Assembly (NCBI RefSeq): GCF_001194135.2
Contig: NC_069004.1
Coordinates: 32,183,564-32,218,432, forward strand
DNA from: Octopus bimaculoides
Taxonomy: Eukaryota
Direction of reading: 5' to 3'
Length of the DNA: 34,869 bases
Positions 23,401 through 33,141 of this stretch are shown in pieces; position 1 is the stretch's first letter; every line of letters begins with the position of its first letter. The notes under the pieces are model-generated. The model was given only the letters and a program-made list of their open reading frames with translations. It was not told the DNA's origin and did not search any database. Position numbers and translations under genes: made by a program.

Positions 23401-24174
23401 TCGAGTGTTCTTCCTGTTTGTGTTCCAAATCAACGCCATTGTCTACACAGTTCCTCTTGCGATCCGCTTCAAAGAGCAGCCACTCTTCCTTATGTACATT
23501 CTCACATTCCTCACCGGAGTCTTCAAGTCTTATCCAAGTTACTCAGATGTCGCACTCTTCCTCTGTCTCCTCCCACTTTGGAAACATTTATTTCCGTGTA
23601 AGTTCCTCAACATGTTTTTTTTTAATTTTATTTTTTATTTTTTATTTTTCTCTATTCTAATTAATTTTTTTTTTTTTTTCTCTATTCTAATTTAATTTTT
23701 ATTTTTTTAAAATTTTATTTTTCTCTATTCTAATTTTTTAAATTTTATTTTTTATTTTTCTCTATTCTAATTTTTTTTTTCTGCCTCCTCATTCTGTATT
23801 TTTCTTTTATTCTTTCTTATTTCTCTCTTTTCTTCTTTCTCTATCCTTCAATATATCCTCTCTCTCTCTCTCCTCTCTTTCTTCCTCTCTGTTCTTCTCT
23901 TCTTATCTTTCTCACTCAGACTTCCTTGTTTTCCAAGTTTCTTCCTCTTCAGTCACCACCTGTCTTCTTCCTCCTCCTCCTTCTGCTCCTCTTGTCTTCT
24001 TCCACTAGTGTTTGCACCTCTTTCTTTCTGCAATTACACACACACACACACACATGTATTATTAACACTAACACATACACTCGCATACTATCACAGTCAT
24101 TAACACTAACACACACTCACATTAACACACACAAACACTGATACACACATATACACTATCACAACCATTAACTG

Positions 24175-24206
<32 letters not shown>

Positions 24207-26251
24207 ACATACATACATATTAAGACAAACACTAATACACACACATACTACCAGAGTCATTAACTCTCACACACACAGACACACTCTGCTACAGTTGTCA
24301 TACAACATTATCATCTTCCATTCCTTTTTTTTTTTTTGTCTTTATCAGATTTACGGAACAGTTTTATAGTAACCTGTATGTTTATCACCAGTACCATTTT
24401 CTCTCCGCTGCTCTGGCACCTCTGGCTTTACGCTGGCAGCGCCAACGCCAACTTTTATTTCGCCATTACCCTGGTTTTCACAACAGCAGAAGTAAGTTCT
24501 GGAATTTCATGTTCCTCGTTCTGTTTAGGAACCGGCTTAGCATTGTTGTTCGTCCAAATTGTTCTAGCCATTATCTGTTTTACGGGTATTTTTTTTTTTA
24601 CATGTATAGGCACAGACATGGCCATGTGGTTAGAAGCGTGCTCCCCAATCACAAGGTACCCAGTTCAGTCCCATCGTGTAGCACCTTGGGCAAGTGTTTT
24701 CTATTATAACCTTGAACTGACCAAAGCCTTGTGAGTGGATTTGGTAGAAGGAAACTGAAAGAAGCCTATCATATATATATATATACACAGTTTTTGAAGT
24801 GGTGTACAGATATTGTATATTGCAAAAAAGGAGGCAGCCAGAATTTTAGATAATTCTTTATTAGCACTTTCATTTGTTCAACCAAACTCTCAAAGAGTTT
24901 GATTAAACAAACGAAATTGCTAATAAAGAATTGTCCCCTCATCCCCTATCCTGAAGCTGAGCCCCTCCTCATCACCTCTCTTGAGTCTCATAGTCCTGTG
25001 AACTGCTTGGCAGCATGAAAAAAGCACCCAGTCCGCACTGTCAAGGGTTTGGCTTTAGGAGGGGTCTTCATCCATAGAAACCATGCCAAAGCAAACATGG
25101 GCACAGGAGAGGCTGTGTGTTATGTAGCTTGCTTACCAACCACATGGTTCCAGGTTCAGTCCCACTGCGTGGCACCTTGAGTAAGTGTCTTCTACTATAG
25201 CCTCAGGCCAACCAAAGCCTTGTGAGTGGATTTGGTAGACGGAAACTGAAAGAAGCCCGCCATATATGTGAGTGTGAGTTTGTTTGTCCCCCCCAACATC
25301 ACTTGACAACCAATTCTGGTATGTTTATGTCCCCTGTAACTTAGTGGTTCTGCAAAGAGAGACTGATATAGAATAAGTACTAGGCTTACAAAGAGTAAGT
25401 CCTGGGGTTGATTTGTTTGACTAAAGGCAGTGCTCCAGCATGGCCACAGTCAAATGACTGAAACAAATAAAAGAATAAAAGTATTGGAGCTCGATGCAGT
25501 CCTTCAACACATCAGTTCCCTGTCAAACCATGCAACCGATGCCAGCATGGATCACGGATATTAAATGATGATGATGAGAAGGAGGAGGAGGGAGTCAGTG
25601 GATTGTGATAAAATGCAGTTTGTTAATCTCCAGTGTAAACACAGTTTGTATTTTTATCATTCTTATTAAGGCTGCAAGTTGGCAGAATCGTTAGCACGCC
25701 GAGCAAAATGCATTGCAGCATTTCATTCATCTTTACATTTTGGGTTCAAACTCCACCACGGTCAACTTTGTCTTTCACTCTTTCGAGGTCAATAAATTAA
25801 ATACCAGTAACACACTGGGGTCATTGTGATTGACTATCCCCCTCCCTACAAATTCCAGGCCTTGTGCCTATTAGTAGGAATGATTATTATTATCATTGTC
25901 ATTATTTTTATTTTCACTATACGTCATTGGATGGTAAGATAGGCGGAGTGACATTAAATACCTTGTGGTATTTAGTTATGTCCCTTTACATCTGTCTGGC
26001 TTCTTGCCTTTATTAGCAAATTACATATCCATTATCATTGTTTTGTTCTCTTAGTTTTATATACATTCATATATTTTCCCTTTTTTTTACTAATTATTTT
26101 TCTCTCTCTCTCTTTTGTTTTTTTTCTTTGTTTTCAGATCTTTCTAGTAACGGATCTCTTGTATGCCAACCTACGTTGGGAATTTGATCTGAATCATGGA
26201 CTTAATTATAAATTAGAAAATGGCAAGGAATGCCAAGCAGTTCTAGAATGA
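13670..26251 (+). CDS. PIGU: Phosphatidylinositol glycan anchor biosynthesis class U protein (GPI transamidase subunit), 11 coding exons, 1323 nt / 440 aa: join(13670..13799,17929..17993,18270..18341,19140..19202,20016..20119,20601..20701,20874..20971,22355..22518,23329..23597,24349..24491,26138..26251)
   Basis: Manually spliced. Every intron is GT..AG and the phases chain without frameshift to TGA at 26249-26251. Diagnostic PIG-U motifs: [79 protein letters not shown]. Confidence 0.97.
14455..14662 (-). mobile_element. SINE family A (PIGU intron 1)
   Basis: Full-length reverse copy, CpG-rich. Confidence 0.85.
14943..15150 (+). mobile_element. SINE family A (PIGU intron 1)
   Basis: Full-length forward copy. 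Confidence 0.8.
15285..15737 (-). mobile_element. Two tandem SINE family A copies (PIGU intron 1)
   Basis: Reverse cores at about 15390 and 15656. The first has an internal 32-bp tandem duplication (cgacataccattaagtatttc.. at 15430 and 15462). Confidence 0.8.
16255..16390 (+). mobile_element. RTE-type 3' end
   Basis: gaagggcatccagctgtagaaac..ggaaaacggacgttaaacgatgatg. Confidence 0.75.
17172..17411. mobile_element. hAT-like MITE with GGAGTC subterminal repeats
   Basis: Left cagggctgtggagtc, right gactccacag (truncated); repeated ggagtc(a/g)gagtc motifs; ttttac on both flanks. Confidence 0.65.
17484..17875 (+). mobile_element. Partial plus full SINE family A copies
   Basis: Cores at about 17500 and 17741, (ATT)n tails. 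Confidence 0.8.
17929..17993 (+). CDS. PIGU: PIGU exon 2 ([22 protein letters not shown], 65 nt)
   Basis: Acceptor ttctttcag; donor GAG|gtaatt. Confidence 0.95.
18070..18208 (+). mobile_element. 5'-truncated SINE family A (PIGU intron 2)
   Basis: Core and tail present, head absent. Confidence 0.8.
18270..18341 (+). CDS. PIGU: PIGU exon 3 (TPLMLKFS...DYLVFL, 72 nt)
   Basis: Acceptor ctctttcag; donor CTG|gtaagt. Confidence 0.93.
19140..19202 (+). CDS. PIGU: PIGU exon 4 ([21 protein letters not shown], 63 nt)
   Basis: Acceptor (t)n-accttcag; donor CTG|gtgagt. Confidence 0.93.
19540..19768 (+). mobile_element. Young SINE family A subtype nested in an older copy
   Basis: Near-consensus sequence flanked by aattgttagca / aattgttatca. 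Confidence 0.85.
20016..20119 (+). CDS. PIGU: PIGU exon 5 ([17 protein letters not shown]...QVFIVA, 104 nt)
   Basis: Acceptor cctcttccag; donor GT|gtaagt; phase 2 matches exon 6. Confidence 0.9.
20601..20701 (+). CDS. PIGU: PIGU exon 6 ([16 protein letters not shown]...WTAK, 101 nt)
   Basis: Acceptor tcttttccag; donor AAG|gttcgt; LNPY motif. Confidence 0.95.
20874..20971 (+). CDS. PIGU: PIGU exon 7 ([19 protein letters not shown]...YFYQ, 98 nt)
   Basis: Acceptor ctctctacag; donor CAG|gttagt. Confidence 0.95.
21357..21563 (+). mobile_element. SINE family A
   Basis: Head, core and tail present; CpG-decayed. Confidence 0.8.
21825..22212 (+). mobile_element. tRNA-derived SINE, family E
   Basis: Head ggcgcaatagcccattggtcagggcagtggactc..ggtttcgattccc is tRNA-like; ends gagtgccaacaac. 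Confidence 0.7.
22355..22518 (+). CDS. PIGU: PIGU exon 8 (YDCYQKK...NSIYGF, 164 nt)
   Basis: Acceptor tatttccag; donor AT|gtaagt; ends in YGF as in PIG-U orthologues. Confidence 0.92.
22720..23062 (-). mobile_element. SINE family D, near full length
   Basis: Reverse complement of the 1915-2215 family, including the head gtgaaggcgcatggctcagtg. Confidence 0.8.
23329..23597 (+). CDS. PIGU: PIGU exon 9 ([11 protein letters not shown]...WKHLFP, 269 nt)
   Basis: Acceptor ttttgtag; donor T|gtaagt; most conserved PIG-U block. Confidence 0.97.
23640..23780 (+). repeat. T-rich minisatellite with 4 copies of ctctattctaatt
   Basis: Copies near 23650, 23680, 23723 and 23760, just downstream of the exon 9 donor. 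Confidence 0.8.
24349..24491 (+). CDS. PIGU: PIGU exon 10 (LRNSFIV...VFTTAE, 143 nt)
   Basis: Acceptor tctttatcag; donor GAA|gtaagt; AGSANANF motif. Confidence 0.97.
25100..25482 (+). mobile_element. tRNA-derived SINE, family B, near full length
   Basis: A/B-box-like ggctgtgtg..ggttcagtccc, then gtggcaccttgagtaagtgtcttctactatagcc, a central microsatellite and an aaagaataaaag tail. Fragments at about 285-760, 7670-7975(-), 15965-16110, 16860-16975(-), 18860-19015, 24615-24770 and 33785-33985(-). Confidence 0.85.
25668..25885 (+). mobile_element. SINE family A
   Basis: Head, core and tail present; CpG-decayed. Confidence 0.75.
26138..26251 (+). CDS. PIGU: PIGU exon 11, coding part ([16 protein letters not shown]...CQAVLE*, 114 nt)
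   Basis: Acceptor tgttttcag; stop TGA at 26249-26251. Confidence 0.95.
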   Translation: MFLVTDLLYANLRWEFDLNHGLNYKLENGKECQAVLE

Positions 26252-26541
26252 ATGCAGTTTGCGGTTCTTTTTGAACCATTTACCATTTCTATATGCCATT
26301 ATCACCACACACACATACACACTCACATGTGCAGACTAACACACATAAAAGTGCAAAATATGACTAAATGGCTGTTGACTTCAAAGAACAAAACTCCTTT
26401 CTCTCCTCTTTCTATCCTTCTCTCTCTCTCTCTCTTTCAAAAGGAAACGTCTCCTTTTATTCTGAGACCCGTTTCTTTTAATTTTTTTTAGTTGTTATAC
26501 ATTTTACTTATGAAATGTTTACAGATATAACAAAAAAGATG

Positions 26542-26547
26542 AATAAA
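26542..26547 (+). promoter_or_regulatory. Candidate PIGU polyadenylation signal AATAAA
   Basis: First AATAAA about 290 nt after the stop, followed by a GT/T-rich tract; another AATAAA at 26850-26855. Confidence 0.5.
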
Positions 26548-27644
26548 AATGAGCTATTTATTACTATTATTATTGTTGTTGTTGTTGTTGTTGTATATGA
26601 TGGCATTTAAGATGTACATTTTTTTTTTTACCAAAAACAATTTCTCAAAAAATTAAGTTGGGTCCTGTATTCCCAGCTGGACCTCCTGTAAACTAATTTT
26701 GTCCCTAACACTCACTACTACGAAGTAGGGCTAAAAAGCTCCTGTCTTTAAGGGTATCGCAAAAGGCCTGGTTGGAGGTCCAACCTTCTGAGTTCTTTAA
26801 CTAAAGGGCCGCTGCATTAAGTGTGTGAATCTGAGAGGGGAATATGCTGAATAAAATCATAATTAACTGATCCTCCTGTATTTTCTTTTACCCAAATCCA
26901 GGAGATTTTCAGCACCCCCTCACATAAGCTAATTTTAATCCAGATGGACCCCATAATAATAATAATAATAATAATAATAATATACATGACTATCAACCAT
27001 TTAAATGAATAAATTTTCTTGAGACATTCATATTAAGCAAATCCAGACAAAATAAATCAGAAAACAAAATTTGAAACAAAGTTCTGCATCAGATAACAAC
27101 TAAAATTGATAATTTAGTGGAGACTTCATTATTATTTGTACTGTAAAAGGAATTAGCAGGCTGGCTTCAAATATTACGGTTGTCAATCAATGAACATAGC
27201 GGCAGATGAAATACTGCTAAGCATTTCGCCCAGTGTGTTAATGATTATGCCAGCTCGCCACCTATTATAATATTATGCCAAGTGAGACCGTAACCATGAT
27301 CTATGTCAGTGCAGCATAACCAGCCCCATTTATGAGTGCCTTTCAATCAATGGGCAATAAGCTGCGTTTGCAAAGACCTGTCGTGGCCAATGACAGTACC
27401 ACCTGATTGGCACCCGTGCCTGCACTTGCCACATAGCTACAAGACCCGCCCACGTCAGCGAAACTGAGTTCTAGAAGCGCTGTGTGTCCCACCCATGCTT
27501 AACAACAAAACTTCTCACACTTTTACCACAACAAACCAAACTACATCTCTCTTCTCTTTTTCACATTTCCACACAAATTTTTTTATTCATAAAAAGGCCA
27601 ATAAATCTAACTTTAAACCAGAAAGCACTAAAAATGCAAATAAA

Positions 27645-27676
<32 letters not shown>

Positions 27677-27699
27677 AATCATCCAACATTCTGACTATT

Positions 27700-27740
<41 letters not shown>

Positions 27741-27876
27741 NNNNNNNNNNNNNNNNNNNNNNNNNNNNNNNNNNNNNNNNNNNNNNNNNNNNNNNNNNNN
27801 NNNNNNNNNNNNNNNNNNNNNNNNNNNNNNNNNNNNNNNNNNNNNNNNNNNNNNNNNNNNNNNNNNNNNNNNNNNN
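27741..27876. other. Assembly gap (N)
   Basis: Run of N. Confidence 1.
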
Positions 27877-28025
27877 TGGCGTTAAGAAGGGCATCCAGCT
27901 GTAGAAACTCTGTCAAATTAGATTGGAGCCTGGTGTTGCCATCCGGTTTCACCAGTCCTCAGTCAAATCGTCCAACCCATGCTAGCATGGAAAGCGGACG
28001 TTAAACGATGATGATGATGATGATG
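27877..28025 (+). mobile_element. Young RTE-type 3' end with (GAT)n tail
   Basis: gaagggcatccagctgtagaaac..ccaacccatgctagcatggaaagcggacgttaaacgatgatg; near-identical inverted copy at about 60-170. Confidence 0.8.
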
Positions 28026-28035
28026 TATGTATGTA

Positions 28036-28068
<33 letters not shown>

Positions 28069-28159
28069 GTATGTATATGTGTATATATATATATGTATAT
28101 ATTTATGTATATATATATATATATGTATATATATGTATGTATATATATATATATGCATG

Positions 28160-28190
<31 letters not shown>

Positions 28191-28992
28191 GTGTGTGTAT
28201 ATATATATACACATATACATGTACGCACGCTCGCACACACACACATCGTTCACTTTGTTTCCAACTTCACCTTTTTGTCTTGATTCTATGGTCGCCTAGC
28301 AACAACTATAAACAATTTCGCTGTAAAGACCAATAGAGACTCCCCCCATTGCTCGGTTAATTGTCATCACCTCCCACAGCATCGTTAGCGCTGACTGACT
28401 GAACTGGTCTCTCTCTGCAGGGACACATTTTATTACACTGCAGCAGGCCAGCATGTGGTATGCATTGTTTGCATGTTTCTATCAACCTGCTACCCACCTC
28501 CCCTCCTCCCCCTCATCATCATCATCGTCATCATCATCAGCGTCATAATCACTACCACCTCCACAACTGCAGCCACCCACACCAAACACCAGTGTCATCA
28601 TAATCACAGAAGAATAAGGAGAAGAAGATGAAGGAGAAGAAAAAGAAGGAAATTATTGTATACAGTGGCCAGGTCCACTACAACTCAATGGAAAAAATAT
28701 TCAAAAGTGCAAGAACAGTACAGAGAATAATGCACAATAATCCCAGCAGAGAGAGAGGGTTTTCACCATAATTTAATGTCCACTTTCCCAGGCTTGCATG
28801 GGTCAGACAGAATTAACCAAGGCAGATTTTCTACAGCTGGACGTCCTTCCTGTTGCCAACCCTCGCATGATTCCTAGCAAGATTGTATTTCCTTGTGATG
28901 AGAAATGAATTCAGGGAAAAAGAGAAGTGATTAAAGCTGCTCACAAAACGGTGATATTTGTTTATGATTGTCACAAAATTCCAAGACAAGGA

Positions 28993-29034
<42 letters not shown>

Positions 29035-29266
29035 AGGCAGCGAGCTGGCAGAAACGTTAGCACGCTGGGCGAAATGCTTAGCGGTATTTCGTCTGCCGCT
29101 ACGTTCTGAGTTCAAATTCTGTCAAGGTTGACTTTGCCTTTCATCCTTTCAGGGTCGATTAAATAAGTATCAGTTACGCACTGGGGTCGATATAATCGAC
29201 TTAATCCGTTTGTCTGTCTTTGTTTGTCCCCTCTGTGTGTAGCCCCTTGTGAGTAGTAAAGAAATA
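29035..29266 (+). mobile_element. SINE family A (same subtype as 19540)
   Basis: Shares the tail ttaatccgtttgtctgtc..agccccttgtg..aaagaaata. Confidence 0.85.
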
Positions 29267-29349
29267 ACACACACTCACACACCGGGCTTTTTCCAGTTTC
29301 TGTCTACAAAATTCTACTAAATTCATTCACAAAACTTCAGTGAATTTGA

Positions 29350-29700
29350 AGTTGGTGGCATGTAAAAAGTACTAATGATGGTACCACAGAGAAAGCAATA
29401 GTACTGGTGCCACAGAAAAGGCACTGGTGACGGTGCCATGTAAAAGCACTGGTGATGGTACCACAGAAAAAGCACAGGTGGTGGTGCCATGTAAAAGGCA
29501 CTGGTGTGGGGTCATTTTAAAAAACATTCAGTGCTCGGTATAATGTGGTTGATGTTAGGAAGGCCTTAAAGCTGTAGAAACCATGCCAAAACAGACGATG
29601 GAACCTGGTGTAGCTCTTGGCTTTGCCAGTTCCTGTCAAACCACCCAACCCATGCCAGCATGGAAAACTGACATTAAACGATGCTGATGATGATGATGAG
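29350..29700 (+). mobile_element. RTE-type 3' end with about 27-bp tandem units
   Basis: Repeated ggtgccatgtaaaagcactggtg units at 29380-29510, then the family tail. Confidence 0.7.
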
Positions 29701-29835
29701 GTTGAATAGAAGGAACTCTCACATGGTACCATGCAGTGAGACTTGAACCCAAAGCCATGTTGACATTTTCCTGTCTAGCAAAGTAATAAACAAGACATTC
29801 TTCAAGACAACCAAGAATATGTTCTTTCTAAACCC

Positions 29836-30155
29836 TTAATTCTTTTGATACTAACCTACCTGAGACCATTCTAAGTTCTAATCCTTTTATTATACAAATT
29901 CCCAGTTTTAAAGTGATCTAAATTAAAATTCTTCCTTATTTTCAAAATTAATTGAAACAAAGTTTATATCACAAGAAATATGGTAACAAAAGGGTTAAAG
30001 TGATCTAAATTAAAATCTTCCATCAAAATTTCATGTTAGTTTATATTCCAAACACCAGCTTAATAAAGTCGTTGTAAATAATTCTTCATTATTTTCAAAA
30101 TTAACTGAAACAAAAGCAATGTGTTTCAACAGGAATACGGTAACAAAAAAAAGGA
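29836..30155. mobile_element. piggyBac-type MITE with a partial tandem duplication
   Basis: Right end ggtaacaaaaggg-TTAA (29995-29998), degenerate left end TTAA-ttcttttgatac (29836). The internal block gtgatctaaattaaaa..ggtaacaaaa is repeated downstream. Confidence 0.45.
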
Positions 30156-30879
30156 TGAAATCATATTTTAGTGTAATGCACAAGCTTGTTGTGGAGAACC
30201 CTATGAAAAGCATTGTGTTAGATACATATTCCTAACGTAAAGACCAACATTATATTCTTTATGAGTGAAGAATATGTTTGGTGATCTATCATCATCCAGT
30301 GTTTTAAATCCAGGTTTTGTCCCTGTTAACAGGGGTGGCCGAATCTACCTCAATGCCATAACAACTGGCCTCACACCATCTTGTTATCTTGCCTAGTTTG
30401 GGGCGACCTCCCTTCTCAAGCCAACCCTCCCAATCTCCTCCTCCACCTGTCCCCTCCTCATTTTCCTTGGTCTACCTCGCTTTCGTTGTCCATTTACCTG
30501 AAACTCTAGCACCCACCTTAGAACATGCTCCTCATCTCTCCTCAACACATGCCCATACCATCACACTCCATTCACCCTTACCAGCTGTTCCACCGATTCC
30601 CCCATCTATCAATCTATCTGTCTGTCTGTCTATCTATCTATTCATCTATCTTTCTATATGCATGTATATATATATGTTCGTGTATGTATGTTCATATGTG
30701 TGTGTGTGTGTGTGTGTGTGTATTCAACAGGATGCAACATCTTGAGATATCCATGTAGTAGAAACACGTGTCAGATAAACATTTAAAGTGAATGTATTGT
30801 ATATAATACTCTAATAAACAAGCTTTAAGGATGTATAAATCTCCACTCCTATTTTTAATGTCTGGTACATTTATATATA

Positions 30880-32492
30880 CACTACGTTTCAAATTGTTAA
30901 CAACGTAACATCTTTTAATTTTATTTTAAAAAACTACTCGTTGGAATTCAACAAAATTTCCACAGAATGATGGCAACAGTTATTTGCGTGGTTTGTAAAA
31001 AAACGTCAGATTTTGTACAAGTATAAACAAACCGTGGCCATTTGCATGATTTCCACGAAGTTACAGTGTTCCAAATTCTTAACGAGTGGTCTGATTATCG
31101 TGCAATGATGGGTCGTAAATGTGATTTATCTGCTTCAGAGAAATCAATTATTACTTCTGAAATATCTAAAATAATTGGAAGATGTCACAAAACTGGAGGA
31201 GGGGAAACTTAAGAGTGCTAACAAGGGTCTGTTGAGGTTTCTTTCTTAACGTTCTCTGTCATGAATTAAAGCGTGAATCTGCAAAGAACTCAGGTCTTAC
31301 GAGTGGAGAACTTTTGAAACACACTGACGTCTAGAACTACCTGATGTCGTCTTCTGAAAAAGGTCTGTAAACCAGTGACATCAGTTAAAAGGCCTCTTGT
31401 AAGCAAAATGCACATACAAAACCATCAGAAATGGGCAGAAGGTAACATGAAGGTCGTCTTTTCAAGAGTTTTGTTTAGGGACGAAACTCCTGCTACCCTT
31501 GATGGATCTGATGGTTGCAGCTAGGGATGGGTTGTAAATGGACGAGATCGTCATCAGAGAATGAGGCATCATAATTTGGGCTGTTATTATTGGGGATATT
31601 ATGGTTGGTCTTTGGAAAGTACCTGACGGTGTTAAAATGACAGTAGATACTTACATGGCCTTTTTGAGGGAACATCTTGAACCTTGGTTAAAAAGCAAAG
31701 CATCATCTTCAAGACAACCATAATATCCATGCAAGGTAATGCGCCCTCACACTCAGCGAAGAAAACTACAGACGAATCCAGGTCAAAACTACAAACGAAT
31801 CCAGGTCAAAACTACAGACAAATCCTGCAGCGAATCCAGGTAAAAAAAAAAAAAAAGTCACGGCAATAAAGTCACAAGGGTTTTGTCCTAGGTGGGTTTT
31901 GTCCGGATTCCATAAATTAATTGTGACTTTTTTTTCCTGTGACTTTATTACCGGTCACCTCTGCAACAATTAGGCTTCTGTAGACCTCGGAAGATGAAGT
32001 GGTCTGCAGGTTCCCAAAAACTTAAACTCAATAGAAAACTTAAGTATTCTAAAGCGATGAGTTTACGATAATAGAGAAAGGTATAACATCAAAGAAGATC
32101 CAGAAATTAGCATGTTCCATGGATCAGCGCCTTTTCCAAATTATTTCAAAGGCTCATATATCCCTTACTAACCAGCTCACCTATAATTTTTGAGCAGTTT
32201 ATTTCATGTTTACGACTGTATGTATTCATTTCTGTGTGAACATCAAACAAATTGGTATTGTCTTGTTTACACGATTTTTAATTAAAGCTCGCTAATAATT
32301 TGAAACACTGAAAGTTTACATAAATTGGCTAAATGCCCGTAGTTTCCGTGTTGTTTTACAGAACTTCACATTTTTTACACGCCATGATCATTTAACTGTT
32401 GCCAACATTCTATGAAAATTTCATAGAATTCCCACGAAGTTTTTAAATAGAATAAAAAGAAGATTATGTTGTAAATAATTTGAAACGCAATG
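30880..32492 (+). mobile_element. Decayed Tc1/mariner DNA transposon, DD37E (TRT-like), about 200-bp TIRs
   Basis: The left TIR 30880-31080 is the diverged reverse complement of 32294-32492, and TA precedes the left end. Fragmented transposase from ATG 31108: MGRKCDLSASEKS, FRDETPATLDGSDG, WKVPDGVKMT, MQGNAPSHSAKKTT, MKWSAGSQKLNSIENL. Contains frameshifts and stops. Confidence 0.9.
31839..31952. mobile_element. Short inverted-repeat element nested in the Tc1 transposase
   Basis: Left end ggtaa..aaagtcacggcaataaagtcacaa versus right end ttgtgacttttttttcctgtgactttattacc; it interrupts the reading frame between KKTTD and QQLGF. Confidence 0.65.
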
Positions 32493-32498
32493 CATGCA

Positions 32499-32795
32499 CA
32501 GTGGCAGACTGGGCAGGTTACCAGCTTGCCCGATGGCAAGTTGGCCCCTGTGCCATCAGAATCTATATGTTAGTATCTAAGGGGTCTAGACATGTTAGTA
32601 TCTAAGGGGTCCATCCCCTCAATTTTGAGAATTTTTTATTCACTCCTGGAAGAATGCATTAAATATTTCAGCCTGGCTGTGTTTGTAGACAGTTGAAAAG
32701 AATACTTTTAACAAAATTAAAAGATTAAAAGATAGCATTGTAGTTGCGGACTCCTTAGTCTCCTGGCAACCAATATTTTTAGACCTAGTCCGCCA

Positions 32796-32798
<3 letters not shown>
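32499..32798. mobile_element. 300-bp non-autonomous DNA transposon (hAT-like termini)
   Basis: TIRs cagtggcagactggg / cctagtccgccactg; internal 20-bp direct repeat atgttagtatctaaggggtc at 32567 and 32592. Confidence 0.75.
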
Positions 32799-32839
<41 letters not shown>

Positions 32840-32854
32840 AGAGAGAGAGGGGGG

Positions 32855-32950
32855 TATGGCCGGTTTATGGAGTTACCCTGGGTTACACATCCATAAAGCG
32901 TTTAGCTTCACTATTTCTTTTGACCCTAAACCCATTGGCCTATGGCCTCT
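32855..32950 (-). mobile_element. Truncated, inverted second copy of the 7134-7280 MITE
   Basis: cataaagcgtttagctt and gaccctaaacccattggcctatggcc are reverse complements of internal parts of the 7134 copy. Confidence 0.7.
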
Positions 32951-33054
32951 CTAAAAAAAAACGGAGGAGGAAAAGACTTCGTTACTATGTCAACAACAAT
33001 GGATTGGTTCCCTTTGACCACTATTTGTAATTGACCCTGTTAGCTGGTGGATAC

Positions 33055-33141
33055 CAGGACACTAGCAGGAATTTCCTGAAATGCAAGCAGAGTCCGAAGC
33101 TTCCGTCCTCCAGTAAAGATGTTCCTTGGGTCAAGACAGTC
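33055..33141 (-). CDS. Putative 87-nt exon (DCLDPRNIFTGGRKLRTLLAFQEIPASVL)
   Basis: Unique GC-richer island; acceptor atttatag, donor CTG|gtatcc; in frame with the 34089-34186 candidate. Confidence 0.3.
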
